A stretch of 64,000 bases of DNA from an uncultured bacterium (lineage in GTDB: Bacteria; Patescibacteriota; Gracilibacteria; Absconditabacterales; Absconditicoccaceae). The notes beneath the pieces are model-generated. The model saw only the letters and a program-made list of their open reading frames with translations, searched no databases and was not told where the DNA came from. Both the position numbers and the translations under genes were made by a program. Below, piece by piece: positions 13,953 through 24,947 of the stretch; positions within the stretch are counted from its first letter, which is position 1, and each line of letters begins with the position of its first letter. The stretch spans positions 10,110 through 74,109 of the forward strand of contig CAMVNA010000004.1 in NCBI GenBank assembly GCA_947168725.1. The letters run 5' to 3'.

Positions 13953-14492
13953 TTATTCTCTAAACTCATCTTCAGCTACTTCATCTCCATAAGTCACTCA
14001 CAGACTTCAATCAACAAAATCCGCAACACATTCAGCACTAATTGCATATCAAATTCTATTTTTTCTATATGTAATAACTCCATTTCTAACGAAACTAGCT
14101 CATCCTTCAGACTCTTCTCCCCATTTAATTGTCACATTTTCTGCTCATTCTACATAATCTTTTATCCATCACTGTGCACTTTCTTCACAACCAGCTAAAC
14201 GTTTTTCTTCTGTATCAATACTTGAAGTATCTGCTTCATAATTACACTCTCCATTCAAAACCATATCATCTTCACATCCTACTCCACTAGGAAATGTACA
14301 TTCTCCATAAACAGCAGTTTGAGAGTGAACTAATGAATGAGTTCCTCAATGCTCTAAACAGAAATCCATAGCTTGCTGTAATCTAACATCTACTTCTTTT
14401 TCTTCATTTTCACAGTTACAATTACTGTTACATCATGTCAAAGTTAAGACACACAATCACAAAGTAGTGATCAATAATCATGTTTTTTTCAT
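13953..14492 (-). CDS. lipoprotein with a Cys-rich DUF333-like domain
   Basis: Lipobox LTLTGC, in which the G is TGA. FCLEHGGTHSLVHSQTAVYGECTFPSGVGCED resembles the DUF333 / putative-hemolysin motif. Confidence 0.6.
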
Positions 14493-14569
14493 CTAAAAAA
14501 ATAATAAAATAAAAAACTGATTTATATTTAGTAAAAAAGCCTTAATTTTCAACTATAAAATCATCATCA

Positions 14570-15163
14570 CTATCCAAAAACACATTGACCATCAACAACT
14601 TCAGCTAGTTCAGTTTCCTCTTCTACTCAAGCAAAATCTAAATAACATTTATTGAAATATGTATTTCCATCTTTTCAGCAAACTATATTTTCTCACTGTG
14701 TATCACATCTTGCTAATTCTTCAACTATATCATCTTCATATTTCATATCTCATTTATGACAATCCCCTGCTGCTAGATTTCCAAGATAACAAAATGACTC
14801 ATCTGGATAGAAACAAACATCCTGTATATCTCATCATTCATTCCACTGTTGTACGCTTCATCACTCTTCTTCACACATATCCCTCACTACCGTAATTCGT
14901 TCTCATCATCCAGGATATAATAAATCACATCATCAATCTTCCATATCTTCTAAATAACAAAATTCATCATCAGATAAAATACAAATTTGATTTCAGTCAT
15001 CATCTGTGGAAATCTGTCCATCATTATCTATACATTCCTGCTCTGCTATTGGATATTTAATTTCTCTTTCCATCCCATCTCAATCCCAAATCTTAAAAAA
15101 ATCACAACCAGACAACACTCCTCATAAAATAGGAGTTAAGCAAATTAATAAAGTTTTTTTCAT
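14570..15163 (-). CDS. lipoprotein with Cys-rich repeats and a C-terminal Kazal-type inhibitor-like domain
   Basis: Lipobox VLSGC. The C-terminus CDTQGENIVCGKDGNTYFNKCYLDFAG...DGQC fits the Kazal signature VCG-x-DG-x-TY-x-N-x-C. Confidence 0.6.
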
Positions 15164-15182
15164 TTATATAATATTTTAAGAA

Positions 15183-15383
15183 TTAAATAACATAATTAGT
15201 TATAACAATAACTAGAGCAATCACTAAACATATAGGCCATGCCTCTTTAATAGTCCCTCAAATAGAGAACTTTCACTTACTTTTCTTTGAGAACTTTTTC
15301 TGTAAATATGATACTATTGTATACACGAACAGCACAATCAAATATTCAACAATAAATTCCATAATAAAGTTTACAACACTCAT
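15183..15383 (-). CDS. small membrane protein (hypothetical)
   Basis: A 66-aa ORF with two hydrophobic segments (FIVEYLIVLFVYTIV, WPICLVIALVIVI). Confidence 0.35.
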
Positions 15384-15488
15384 AATAACATATTAATATA
15401 TAAACACATAACTCATTCATAGTATTTTCTCTTGAAATTACAATACTTATAAAAATATATAAATTAATTTATCTATACAACAATCCAC

Positions 15489-15743
15489 ATGAAGAAAAAA
15501 CATAAAATACTCCACGTTAACAACAAAAAAATCAGAATTATTTGAGCAATTATATGTGTAATTGTTCTAGTATGTTTTGTTGCATGAATAGTTATATGAG
15601 TGATTTGATGACATAATTATGATATAAAATTAATGAAACTATGAATACGAACAAGTGTAATAGCCACAATATTTATGTGAATATTACATATCATATATTT
15701 CAGAACTCCAAAAAGACTTAAAAAGCTCTTATACAGTGAATAA
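15489..15743 (+). CDS. small membrane protein (hypothetical)
   Basis: An 84-aa code-25 ORF, verified codon by codon. Two hydrophobic segments are rich in TGA-encoded Gly. Confidence 0.4.
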
Positions 15744-15830
15744 AATCAAATTTATTTTCTCTTGCATTTTGTTCTAATAATTGTAGCATAACATCGTTAT
15801 AATTTTTTATCTTATAACAATTTATTAAAA

Positions 15831-16106
15831 ATGACAAAAACTGCATTAATCGAAAAACTAGCTGCAGAATTAGGAGTATCTAAGAGAATGGCTGGTGAAT
15901 TAGTTAACGCTTTCATCGAAACTGTAATGAAAGGAGTTAAAAAAGAAGGAGAAGTTAGAATCCAAGGATTCGGAACTTTCAAGAAATCTAAGAGAGCTGC
16001 TAGAACTGGAGTTAATCCTCAAAATCCAAAAGAGAAGATTAAGATTCCTGCTATGAACGTTGTAACTTTCAAAGCTGGTTCTGAATTCAAAGGACTTGTA
16101 AAATAG
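15831..16106 (+). CDS. hup: HU/IHF family DNA-binding protein
   Basis: Track ORF containing FGTFKKSKRAARTGVNPQNPKEKIKIPAMNVVTFKAG. It has no TGA codons and is followed by a terminator. Confidence 0.92.
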   Translation: MTKTALIEKLAAELGVSKRMAGELVNAFIETVMKGVKKEGEVRIQGFGTFKKSKRAARTGVNPQNPKEKIKIPAMNVVTFKAGSEFKGLVK

Positions 16107-16124
16107 TTTATTAAATCATAAAAA

Positions 16125-16148
16125 ACTGGTCGTAAAGACCAGTTTTTT
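16125..16148 (+). terminator. rho-independent terminator of hup
   Basis: An actggtc-gtaaa-gaccagt hairpin followed by T6. Confidence 0.75.
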
Positions 16149-16163
16149 AATATTTTTTAATTT

Positions 16164-16559
16164 CTAATCCAATTTAATTTCTCTAGGCTCATCAGTAAAT
16201 GAATAGATAGTTGCTGTAGCATTCTGGAAATACAAAACCTCTGTATTATGATCATTTTCATCATACATACCTCTAAGTTCAGGATATCTATCCAACATTG
16301 ATTTTTTTGCTTCTACACGTTCATCTCTAACTAGTTTCCCTGATACTCTAATCCATTTTCAATCGTAAAATCAACATATTTCTACCTTATTATTCGCCTG
16401 AATCTGTCTAGAAACATTTTTCGATTTACCCGTTTGAATATACAGTTTCCCTTCAAAAACATTTATAGTTCCAAATGGTCTAACTCTAGGTTGATCTCAT
16501 TCAACCGTAGCTAGATAATAAGTTCCACAATCTCTCAAAAAAGTTAATACTTCTTCCAT
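16164..16559 (-). CDS. pyridoxamine 5'-phosphate oxidase-like FMN-binding protein
   Basis: A 131-aa ORF. YYLATVEGDQPRVRPFGT...GKLYIQTGKSKNVSRQIQANNKVEIC is typical of the split-barrel family. Confidence 0.6.
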
Positions 16560-16601
16560 ATTTTATTGATTAATAAATTAAAAATAAGATTTTTTCCCCA
16601 A

Positions 16602-17108
16602 TTACCTCTCTTCCACGATTTCATTCAGATTTTTTCTTTCATAATGCAAAGGACTTACTGGACAATTTTCAGCTTGATAACCCATAGGCAAAAGACAAAC
16701 TGGCACTAAATTCTCAGGGATATCAAATTCCTCTCTAATCACATCTCTATCAAAAAGATCTATCCAAATATTTCCCAATCACTGATTCGTAGCTTCGAGC
16801 AGCATATGAGTAGCAACTATACTTGCATCTACTTCATATGTTGAATGACCATTTCTCTCAAAAGCTGACTCTTTATCTCCACATACTATCAAAACTGTAG
16901 GAGCTCAATATCTACAGCGACTAGCTTTATCAACTTTAGCCAATCATTCCTCTGATTTTACTACATAAATTTTGATAGGTTGAATATTTTTAGCGGTTGG
17001 AGCGAGTCTTCATGCTTCCAAAACTGCATTTAATTTCTCTGGTTCGATAGATTCTGTTGTGTATTTTCTAGCAGAAAATCTACCTTTAATCACTTGTTCA
17101 AATTCCAT
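16602..17108 (-). CDS. nitroreductase family protein
   Basis: RFSARKYTTESIEPEKLNAVLEAGRLAPTAKNIQP...EVDASIVATHMLLEATNQGLG. Confidence 0.8.
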
Positions 17109-17347
17109 AATTACTGATAATTAAAAAATAAATCTGATTTAATAATTATAAAATTATTTCAAAAAAACAAATTATTTTTTTTGGGATAGAGATGAAAGAG
17201 AAAAAACTGAAAATTTTTACAATAAACTGGATAAATAATAAATCAAAGCTATATATAATACAGAATTCTATTGAAATTATATCATTTAAAAATATTTAAT
17301 ATAAACACTTTGAGTAATGTAATTTTTATTGTAATTAAAAATTCAAA

Positions 17348-17869
17348 ATGCAAGAAGCTCTTAAATGATTATATGAAGTATACAGTAAATTGCCACTATG
17401 GATGTATCTTTTGGTAATAGCCGCAATAGTTATAAAAATAATTGAAAATAGAAGAAAGAAAAAGAAGTTTCAAACTAATAAAAATCATATTATTAATGAT
17501 TATAAAGTTGAAGAACCAAAACGAAGGCAGTTTGAAAAAGAAGTAGCTAATTTATTTGAACAAAATTGATGGGAAGTTGTTTTATGACCTTGATATGATG
17601 ATGGTTGAAAAGATATCGTTGTTAGGAGATGATTAGAAATTTATCTAATTCAATGTAAACATTATTACTGAACTTGGTTTGTATGACCTAATCAAATAAG
17701 AGATTTTCAATGAGCTATCGATCTGTACGAAAAGAAAAACAATATGACTGTAAGGTGAATTTTTATTACATCATGAAAAACTACTTCAAAAGCAAGAGAA
17801 ACCGCTAAAATGTTAGCAATTGAATTATGGGATAAATATAATTGGAGAGAAAAAATTAATAGTCTATAA
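17348..17869 (+). CDS. membrane-anchored Mrr-like restriction endonuclease domain protein
   Basis: An N-terminal TM segment (LPLWMYLLVIAAIVIKII), then FEKEVANLFEQNGWEVVLGPGYDDGGKDIVV...IQCKHY...VGPNQIRDFQGAI...GIFITSGKTTSKA, the Mrr catalytic-core pattern. Confidence 0.65.
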
Positions 17870-17939
17870 AGTTTACTTCAGTTTATTTATAAAAAGAGCC
17901 GTCCAATCGCGGACAGCTTTTTATATTTTTTAAACTTAA

Positions 17940-20444
17940 TTATCCTCTCAATTCACCTCCAACCTTACTTACCGCATCAATCGCTTTCTGCATTATAGCT
18001 CCAATCTGCTCACTTGTCATATTTCCATCTCCCATAATCTTTATCTGTAACGAAATCGACTTCTTACCTGCAGGCAAATTCTCTCACTGATAAACATCAA
18101 ATACACGAATATCTTTCACCTCCTCTATCTTACGAAGTGCTGACAAAACTTTAGAAAAATCTGATTTTTCATCTATTACGAAACTCAAATCTCTCCACAA
18201 AATCTGATCCTGCATAGTTTCATAAATATATGTTTTTTCTGTAGCCTGACTTCTAAGCTCTTTAATTTTTTCTAGTGATATTTCTACAAATGTTAAGTTT
18301 GCATTTTCTGGCAATTTACTAACTTTCAAAATCGTTGGATGGATAGTTCAGATTACTCAGATTTCTTGTTTATTGAATAAGATTTTACCTTGCTTTTTTG
18401 GATGAAAATATGGTAAATCTGTAGCTTCATAAGTAATCTTTCCATTCAGCTCATAATCGTGCATAATCTCATCAATTACTGATTTAGCCTCCAATAATGT
18501 ATCTTCATTCCATGAATTGATAGATTTTTTGTACATAAAGAATGCAGCATGTAATTGCTCATCCAAATGTGCAGCAGCAAATTCTGGAGAAACTTCATTA
18601 TTTGGTTCATCCTTTGTCCAAACTTTTCCTGTATCAAAATAACGGATTGTATCAAAAAATTTTGAATTTTTTGAAGCCACCTGTAAGAATTGATACAAGA
18701 ATGTATCACGAAGCAATGGACATTCAGGATTTACTGGATTAGTCAATGTGATAAAATCTTCTCTCGTTTTTCCAAATGGTTGCACCATTTTTTCGCTTAC
18801 CCATGGGTAATTTTCTCATTGGTCGAAGCGACATTTTTCCACCAAAGTTTCCTCTATTATACGAATTACTTCAGTATTTCAAATAAAACTCTGACTTTGA
18901 ATTTGAGTAAGTGGTGCTGTCAATTTAATTTGTTCATAACCCCGTATTCTAGCTACTTCTTCAGCTATATCTGCTGGAATAGTGATGTCATCTGGGCCTC
19001 TCCATAAAGGAACCGTCACTTGATTTCATTCTACCTTGAATCCCAAGTTCGTAAGAATTTCTGTAGCTTTCTCTTGAAAGTCAGGTTTTTTGTCGTCTTT
19101 TCAGAAGATAAATTGATTCATTTCATCCCAATTTACAGTAATTGTAGTTGGCTGAACAGGATGAAGTCCAGGTTTAACATATGAACTTACTCCTCCAATT
19201 TCATAATTTCCCAAATCTTTCGCATAAAATTTCAATTCATCAAGGAATAATAACAATGCATATAATGAATATGTTGGAGCAATATGTTTCTCATTTCTAA
19301 GTTCAGAATCTGAACGTAATCCAAGTCTAACTCCAGTTTTACGAACTCTTACAGGATCAAAATTTGCGATTTCTACCAAAATATTTTTAGTCTCAGCTGT
19401 TACTCAGCTATTAAGTCCTCACATTACTCATCATAGACAAAGAGCCTTTTTATCATCAGCAATTACGATATCCTGTGGTGTAAGAGTATGTTCTTTTTCA
19501 AATAAATCTACAAATTTTTCTCATTCATGGGCATCACGCACATGGATATTTCACTCAATTTTGTCTGCATCAAAGAAATGAACTGGATTTCATGAAATAT
19601 TCATAAAAATATTAGAGAAATCTACCCAGTTATTCACACTTCCATTTCCTAAATCTGCATTTTGCAAACGCATATAAAAATCTGAATCTTTCACCTGTAC
19701 ATTATTGAGTTCAAGTAATATATAGTTATTAAGTCATTCAGTTTCACAAATTACAGACTTCTTTCCTTTCTTCTCTCCATGCTCAAGTAAATCTAACATA
19801 TTTGTCGTTTCAAAATCTTGTTGATATTTTGGCAATGCACTAAATCAGATTTTTCATTGTGGTTTATACATTGAATTGAATTCCCAAGCTACTCCGAAAT
19901 GTCCAGTCAAATCAGGACGATTTGTCAGTCATTTATTATCTATATCGAGAACGTAGCTATCTAGCCACTCGAATTTATCAGTCAATGGAGTTCCTAAATC
20001 TTCGTCTGAAACTTCCAAATCCTTCTCCAATTCCCAGATTCGAGGTTTGTCTGTATCTTCATTAATTCATAATTCATTTTTTGAACATATCATTCCATTT
20101 GAATCTACTCCACGTAATTTTCTAGGCGCGATAGTGATTCATGCTTGTGGAAAATATGCTCACTCCATAGCTACAGCAACATACTTCGCTCCTTGAACAT
20201 TTGCTGCTCCACACACGATTTGGAATTGTCATTTAGGCCCTAAATCCACCTGACAAACACTCATATGGTCAGAATCAGGATGATCTACCGCAGAAATAAC
20301 TTTTCAAATCACTATACGCTTATCTATCTTACGCTGAATCACTTCCTCGATTTCTACTGTCTTGAGAATCAAGTTGTTAGCGATATTTTCTGGAGTATCA
20401 TTAATATCAATATACTTCCTAATCAATTGTGAATGATATTTCAT
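17940..20444 (-). CDS. pheT: phenylalanine--tRNA ligase beta subunit
   Basis: An 834-aa code-25 ORF that joins track ORFs 18084, 18357 and 19101 in one frame. It has an N-terminal tRNA-binding domain (VCQVDLG...QIVCGAANV), B3/4 and B5 regions, and a C-terminal FDVYQGENLPAGKKSISL. Confidence 0.92.
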
Positions 20445-20551
20445 TAATTCAATAAACAAAATAAAAATCTGAAAAGAATGATACTGTTTGAACGCACAAT
20501 TTCAAGTTTTTATAAAATAATTCTCAAAAATAAATTTTCGTACAAAAAAAG

Positions 20552-20580
20552 TTGCAAAATTTTACAAAATGTATTATAAT
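20552..20580 (+). promoter_or_regulatory. sigma70-type promoter (TTGCAA-N17-TATAAT)
   Basis: gTTGCAAaattttacaaaatgtatTATAAT lies 33 nt upstream of the ATG at 20613. Confidence 0.55.
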
Positions 20581-20612
20581 TAGGAACAAAGATTTATACA
20601 ATTTCATTTTTA

Positions 20613-21641
20613 ATGAAAAATTTAAACAAAATATTAATTATTCCAATTATATTAGCTTGTTCTATTTTTGGCGTATCATTTGCCGATAATTCAGACTGCT
20701 GAATTTTTGGAAATTTATTGTATGATAATTGATTTAATATTGTAAACACTTCTCGAGAAACTAACTCTTATAGTTTTACAAATTTTTTATCCATCGATCA
20801 ACAAAAAGCTATTTTAACAAAAAACGATCTAAATACTGCTATATTAAATTTAAAGAAATATTGTTGCGAAAATGAAAGATGATGATTAGAACAAACGCAA
20901 TCTACATGCGAAAATGATAAAGTCTTTTTTAATGATAATGCTTTAGATAGTCCATACCTATTTGATCATATATTCGATGTGATCATGAGAAGACTAAATT
21001 GACTAAGTGGCGATACAAACATTTATACAAAAACAAATATGACATTAGATGATAAATGAGCTGAACGAAGAAGTTTTATCACTAAACAAGCCACATCCAC
21101 TGGATGATCAGATCCTCAAATCATTATAGATGAAGCCAAAAAGTTTCGAACAAGTAGTTCTATTTATGATATCTCACTTTACATTAATAATACGTTCAGA
21201 GAATTAAATAATAATAATTTTTTAATCTATGTTAGTTGAAGTTGAGATAGTGAAGAATCAGAAAAGATAGTAGCTAACGCTATGAAAAATTATAATCAAT
21301 GGACTCTTTATGAGAGATATATCAATGCATGTGCATTAACTGAATATTTTTATGCTCTACTCGATTTATGACTGTCTATTGATAAAAACACTATCGTCAA
21401 TAAATTATCAAATGGATCCTGTGATGAAATAGTTAAAAAACAAATAAATGGAGAAAGTTCATATGTCTCATTAATTGAACAAAGATCTGCAAATAAATTT
21501 TTATCAAACTATATTGAATGATACAAATCATATTTATACGAAAGGCAAGAAAAATTACAAAATCTGCTCAAAGATTCAAAAAACAGGCGACTCGATGTAA
21601 TCAGAGCCGTACCTGGATTACAACGCCAATGCACTAAATAA
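20613..21641 (+). CDS. hypothetical secreted Cys-containing protein
   Basis: A 342-aa code-25 ORF with the signal peptide MKNLNKILIIPIILACSIFGVSFA. I recognised no domain. Confidence 0.55.
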
Positions 21642-21668
21642 CAAATTTTATATAAACCTTAATGAAAA

Positions 21669-22178
21669 ATGAAGCCAAAAAATTTACTAAAAAATTTCAT
21701 AAAGATCTGAACATCTTCCGCATTTATGATTTTATGCATATGCTTTATTCCCAATACATATGCTCAAAATAATAATTTAGCTGTTGATTGATTCAACATT
21801 CTACCTGAATTAACAGAAACCGGAATTTCAAAAGTCAATGAATCAATTGATGCCATTTGAAGGACAGGAAAAAATGTCTGGAATGAATACAACAGAGTTG
21901 CATCATGACTAAGCACATCACAACAAATTGCATCTTGAATTATGAATCGAGACACAATTATGAATTATTTAGTATTTATAGTACAATTTTTAAGCCAACT
22001 ATGACTAGTTGTTTGATTCGGATTTATAATGTATGCTTGATACAAATACATGTTGAGTGTTTTTAGTTGATGAAAAACACCAAGTTCTGCGATTAAAAAC
22101 GCTATTATTTGAATTATAATCGTTATATTTTCTTATGCAATAATGAAAACTCTCACTTCCATAATCGGAATATCTTAA
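21669..22178 (+). CDS. TrbC/VirB2-like (type IV secretion pilin-like) small membrane protein
   Basis: A 169-aa ORF with a signal peptide (..AFMILCICFIPNTYAQ), a short polar region, then two hydrophobic helices (IMNYLVFIVQFLSQLGLVVGFGFIMYAGY and AIIGIIIVIFSYAIMKTL). This is the VirB2-like layout. Confidence 0.45.
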
Positions 22179-22222
22179 TTTTCAATAAAATAAACCTTCT
22201 TAAATAGATTTAATACAGATTA

Positions 22223-22960
22223 TTAGCACTTCTTTTTCATTTCTTCAAATAATCCTGGAAAACTATCTATTGTATGTAACGTTAAAGGACTTGCCGATTT
22301 GATGGTAAAGTTTTCTACATTTCATATAAAGCTCAAAGTAGATACTACATCTCACCATATTTTATATGTTGTTATACACTTAGTCCATTCCTTTTTGAAT
22401 AATGTATCCTTCATCATTCAAATAAAACTTTTAGTTGGACTAGATCATGGATTAAATACTATACAACGTTCTGGATTCCTATGTTTTGTCACAATATAAG
22501 ATATAGTTCATCAAAGTGAATGACCACAAACCCATTTCTTAGCATCAGGATATTTCATTTGAACTTCATCAAAAAAATCTAATGACTGTTGCACACGCCC
22601 ATCTATTCAATTCACTCAAAGCACAATTTGTATATCGCTAAATATATCCTTCACATCCTTAAAATCAGTTCATCTATAACATATTAATACAATATTTTCT
22701 ATGCAATGTTTATATGCTGCATGTACTAAAAAATTTGCATCTTTATCGAGAATCCAATCTCAGACTTTATTTTTACGCTGTTCTGGAGAAATATACACTT
22801 CTTTTACAACTTCAACTATTTGATCATCATGCTCCTGTATCGCTGATCTTTTAAATTTTTTCTTTCATAAAATTTTAGCAAATCGTTCTGCAATCCTCTG
22901 CGTTGCAAAACTAGAATCTCAATTAATACTTTTCTTATTTTTAATAAGAGACTCCACCAT
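22223..22960 (-). CDS. lipase class 3-like alpha/beta hydrolase
   Basis: Nucleophile elbow WVCGHSLGGTISY, in which the GG is TGA TGA. The ATG abuts the stop of the upstream ORF (TAAATG). Confidence 0.6.
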
Positions 22961-23755
22961 TTAAGTTAAAGTAAACAAAGATAAAAACTCTGATTGACGA
23001 AGATAATCCAATGTTCTTTGTTGAAGTGCTGCTTTTTCTTGTTCCGAATATAATTTTGAAGATGATGATAGTCTACTTCAATCACGATCATGCACATCCT
23101 GTAATAAATACAGACAATTTCATGAATAACAACATTTTACAATCCAAAAATCTGTACCCAGTTTTTTCAAAATATTTACAATATCATTCGAGAGCATTAA
23201 AGCATCAGAATGATTAGCATAATTAACAGCAAATCATCCATAATCTACTCTCTTAGTCTTCAAATATTTATTATAAAATACCTTAAATATTCTTCGACAC
23301 AAAAAAGAAAATAATATCCCCCCTCCAATTACATTCAACCAAAATAAAACATGCAAAATTTGTCATTTATCATAAAGCCGAAACAACAAACCAAAAACAA
23401 AAAATCGTCAAAAAAATCATCCTACTAGTGGTCGAACAGATGGATTATCCAGTAAATTTTTCTTCAAATCCAACGAAATATATCCAATATTCTGATATTT
23501 AGGGTTTAAGAATCAGATTTTATAAATTATTCATTTTTCATGCACATCATGATCGACAGTTATTCATTCAAATTCTCACCCCTCAATAAAATAACTCTCA
23601 TGAACTTCCTGAAATGTATATCTAAAGTGTATATCTATCGTCATAGGAGAAATAAATCAAATTTTTTGAAGAATCTGATTCTGATGCTGAAAATATAGCT
23701 TTGACGAAGAAAACTTAAGATCTGATTGTATATATTTTTCAGTATTTCAAGACAT
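22961..23755 (-). CDS. hypothetical membrane protein
   Basis: A 264-aa code-25 ORF with central hydrophobic segments (FFVFGLLFRLY, VLFWLNVIGGGILFSFL). It appears to be in an operon with the lipase-like gene. Confidence 0.45.
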
Positions 23756-23909
23756 TATGCCCTACTTTTTAACAATTAAAGTAGATACTACATTATACCT
23801 AAATACTACATAAAAAGCAAAAAATTACTGACTTTTTATGTTTTTACACAATTTAGATATGTTTAAATAAAAATGTCAATCCATTTATAAGATAAAATGT
23901 TCCAAAAAT

Positions 23910-23938
23910 TTGCAAATTTTCACATTTTAGTCTATAAT
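23910..23938 (+). promoter_or_regulatory. strong sigma70-type promoter of the 23.9-kb RNA
   Basis: aaaaatTTGCAAattttcacattttagtcTATAAT, with a 17-nt spacer. It has the same A-tract/TTGxxAAA context as the effector-gene promoters. Confidence 0.6.
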
Positions 23939-23944
23939 ATACAC

Positions 23945-24210
23945 GAGATAAGTTACTTACCGTAAGGTTCTACCCACACAGTATTCCCTTATACTAGGTT
24001 GCTTACCTCAAGGATGTATTCATCCTATTTTCATCTCAGTATACTACCCATTAGACTGGGATGAGTTTAGATCAACCCGAATTGATTTTATTATGGGTCT
24101 TATTATGGGTCAGTATCTTTACCTTGATAGTTTTAAGATAAAGATACCGATCCATATAATGGATCGCCTTTCGGGTTGGTCATGAACGGAAGGATTGCCT
24201 TCCGTTTTTT
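23945..24210 (+). ncRNA. structured RNA of about 265 nt, unknown class
   Basis: Bounded by a consensus promoter and a strong terminator, and GC-richer than its surroundings. Multiple local hairpins are visible (gtatcttta/taaagatac, gatccat/atggatc, aacccgaa/ttcgggtt), plus a tandem 12-mer TTATTATGGGTC x2 at 24088-24111. There is no convincing ORF. I found no tRNA, tmRNA or RNase P signature motifs. Confidence 0.6.
24185..24210 (+). terminator. rho-independent terminator
   Basis: An acggaagg-attg-ccttccgt hairpin followed by T6. Confidence 0.8.
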
Positions 24211-24213
24211 CTT

Positions 24214-24915
24214 TTATGAAAATTTATTCATCCATTTTAAACTGATTGATAATAATTCATCCATTCATCAATCAAGAAAGCGGTGATCAGCTCCCTGAAT
24301 AATATCCAATTCCTTTGGTTTATTAGCATATTCATAGTATTTTTTAGCAACTTCAGCAAGTCAATCTTCGGCTCAAATTATCTTTATCGGAATATTTATT
24401 TCAGATATCTTTTCTAAAAATTTTTCTGATGGAATCTGGAAATCCTTATATAATTTTTCGCTTATATGGTGTTTATATCCGTCTCACCAATTGATATAAT
24501 GTCATCCATTTCAATCCTCATAAATATCATCTAATAATCATTTTCATCATATAGATGAATCTCGCATTAATAATCATGTTACATTAAACAAATCTGCATA
24601 TAAATTAGCAATTCATCCATAACTATGTCATGCCAAAAATATTGATTTATATCACAGTTCTTTTCAGAATTTTAAGACAGAATTTACATCATCTATATTG
24701 TCTTGTAGAGAGACATTATTTAATTTTCTCTCTTCAGGTCAATCTCCATAAAGATTAAATCTTAACGTGGAAAATCAGTTTTTATTAAAAAATTTTTCTC
24801 ATTGTATGAACATTTCTTCATCCTGACTACTTGTTAATCAATGAACGAAAATAATCAATCATTTAGGATTGGATACTTCACTATATGTATATTGATTCGG
24901 AATAGGGAATTTCAT
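24214..24915 (-). CDS. alpha/beta hydrolase (serine esterase/aminopeptidase-like)
   Basis: LIIFVHGLTSS...IFLAGHSYGGIANLY...IIQGADHRF, a Ser-Asp-His triad pattern. Confidence 0.65.
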
Positions 24916-24947
24916 ATTATTGAATTATAAATAAAAAATCTGAAAAT

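Noticed and set aside
17940-20444. The absence of pheS next to pheT as an anomaly.
   Set aside because: The gene order is merely unlinked. The flanking sequence is a promoter region and a divergent secreted-protein gene, with no sign of a degraded pheS.
24094-24330. An ATG-initiated reading frame of about 70 codons running through the 23.9-kb RNA and its terminator into the antisense strand of the next gene.
   Set aside because: It has no ribosome-binding context, runs through the terminator hairpin, overlaps gene 24214-24915 in antisense and gives an unremarkable peptide. The RNA interpretation is favoured.
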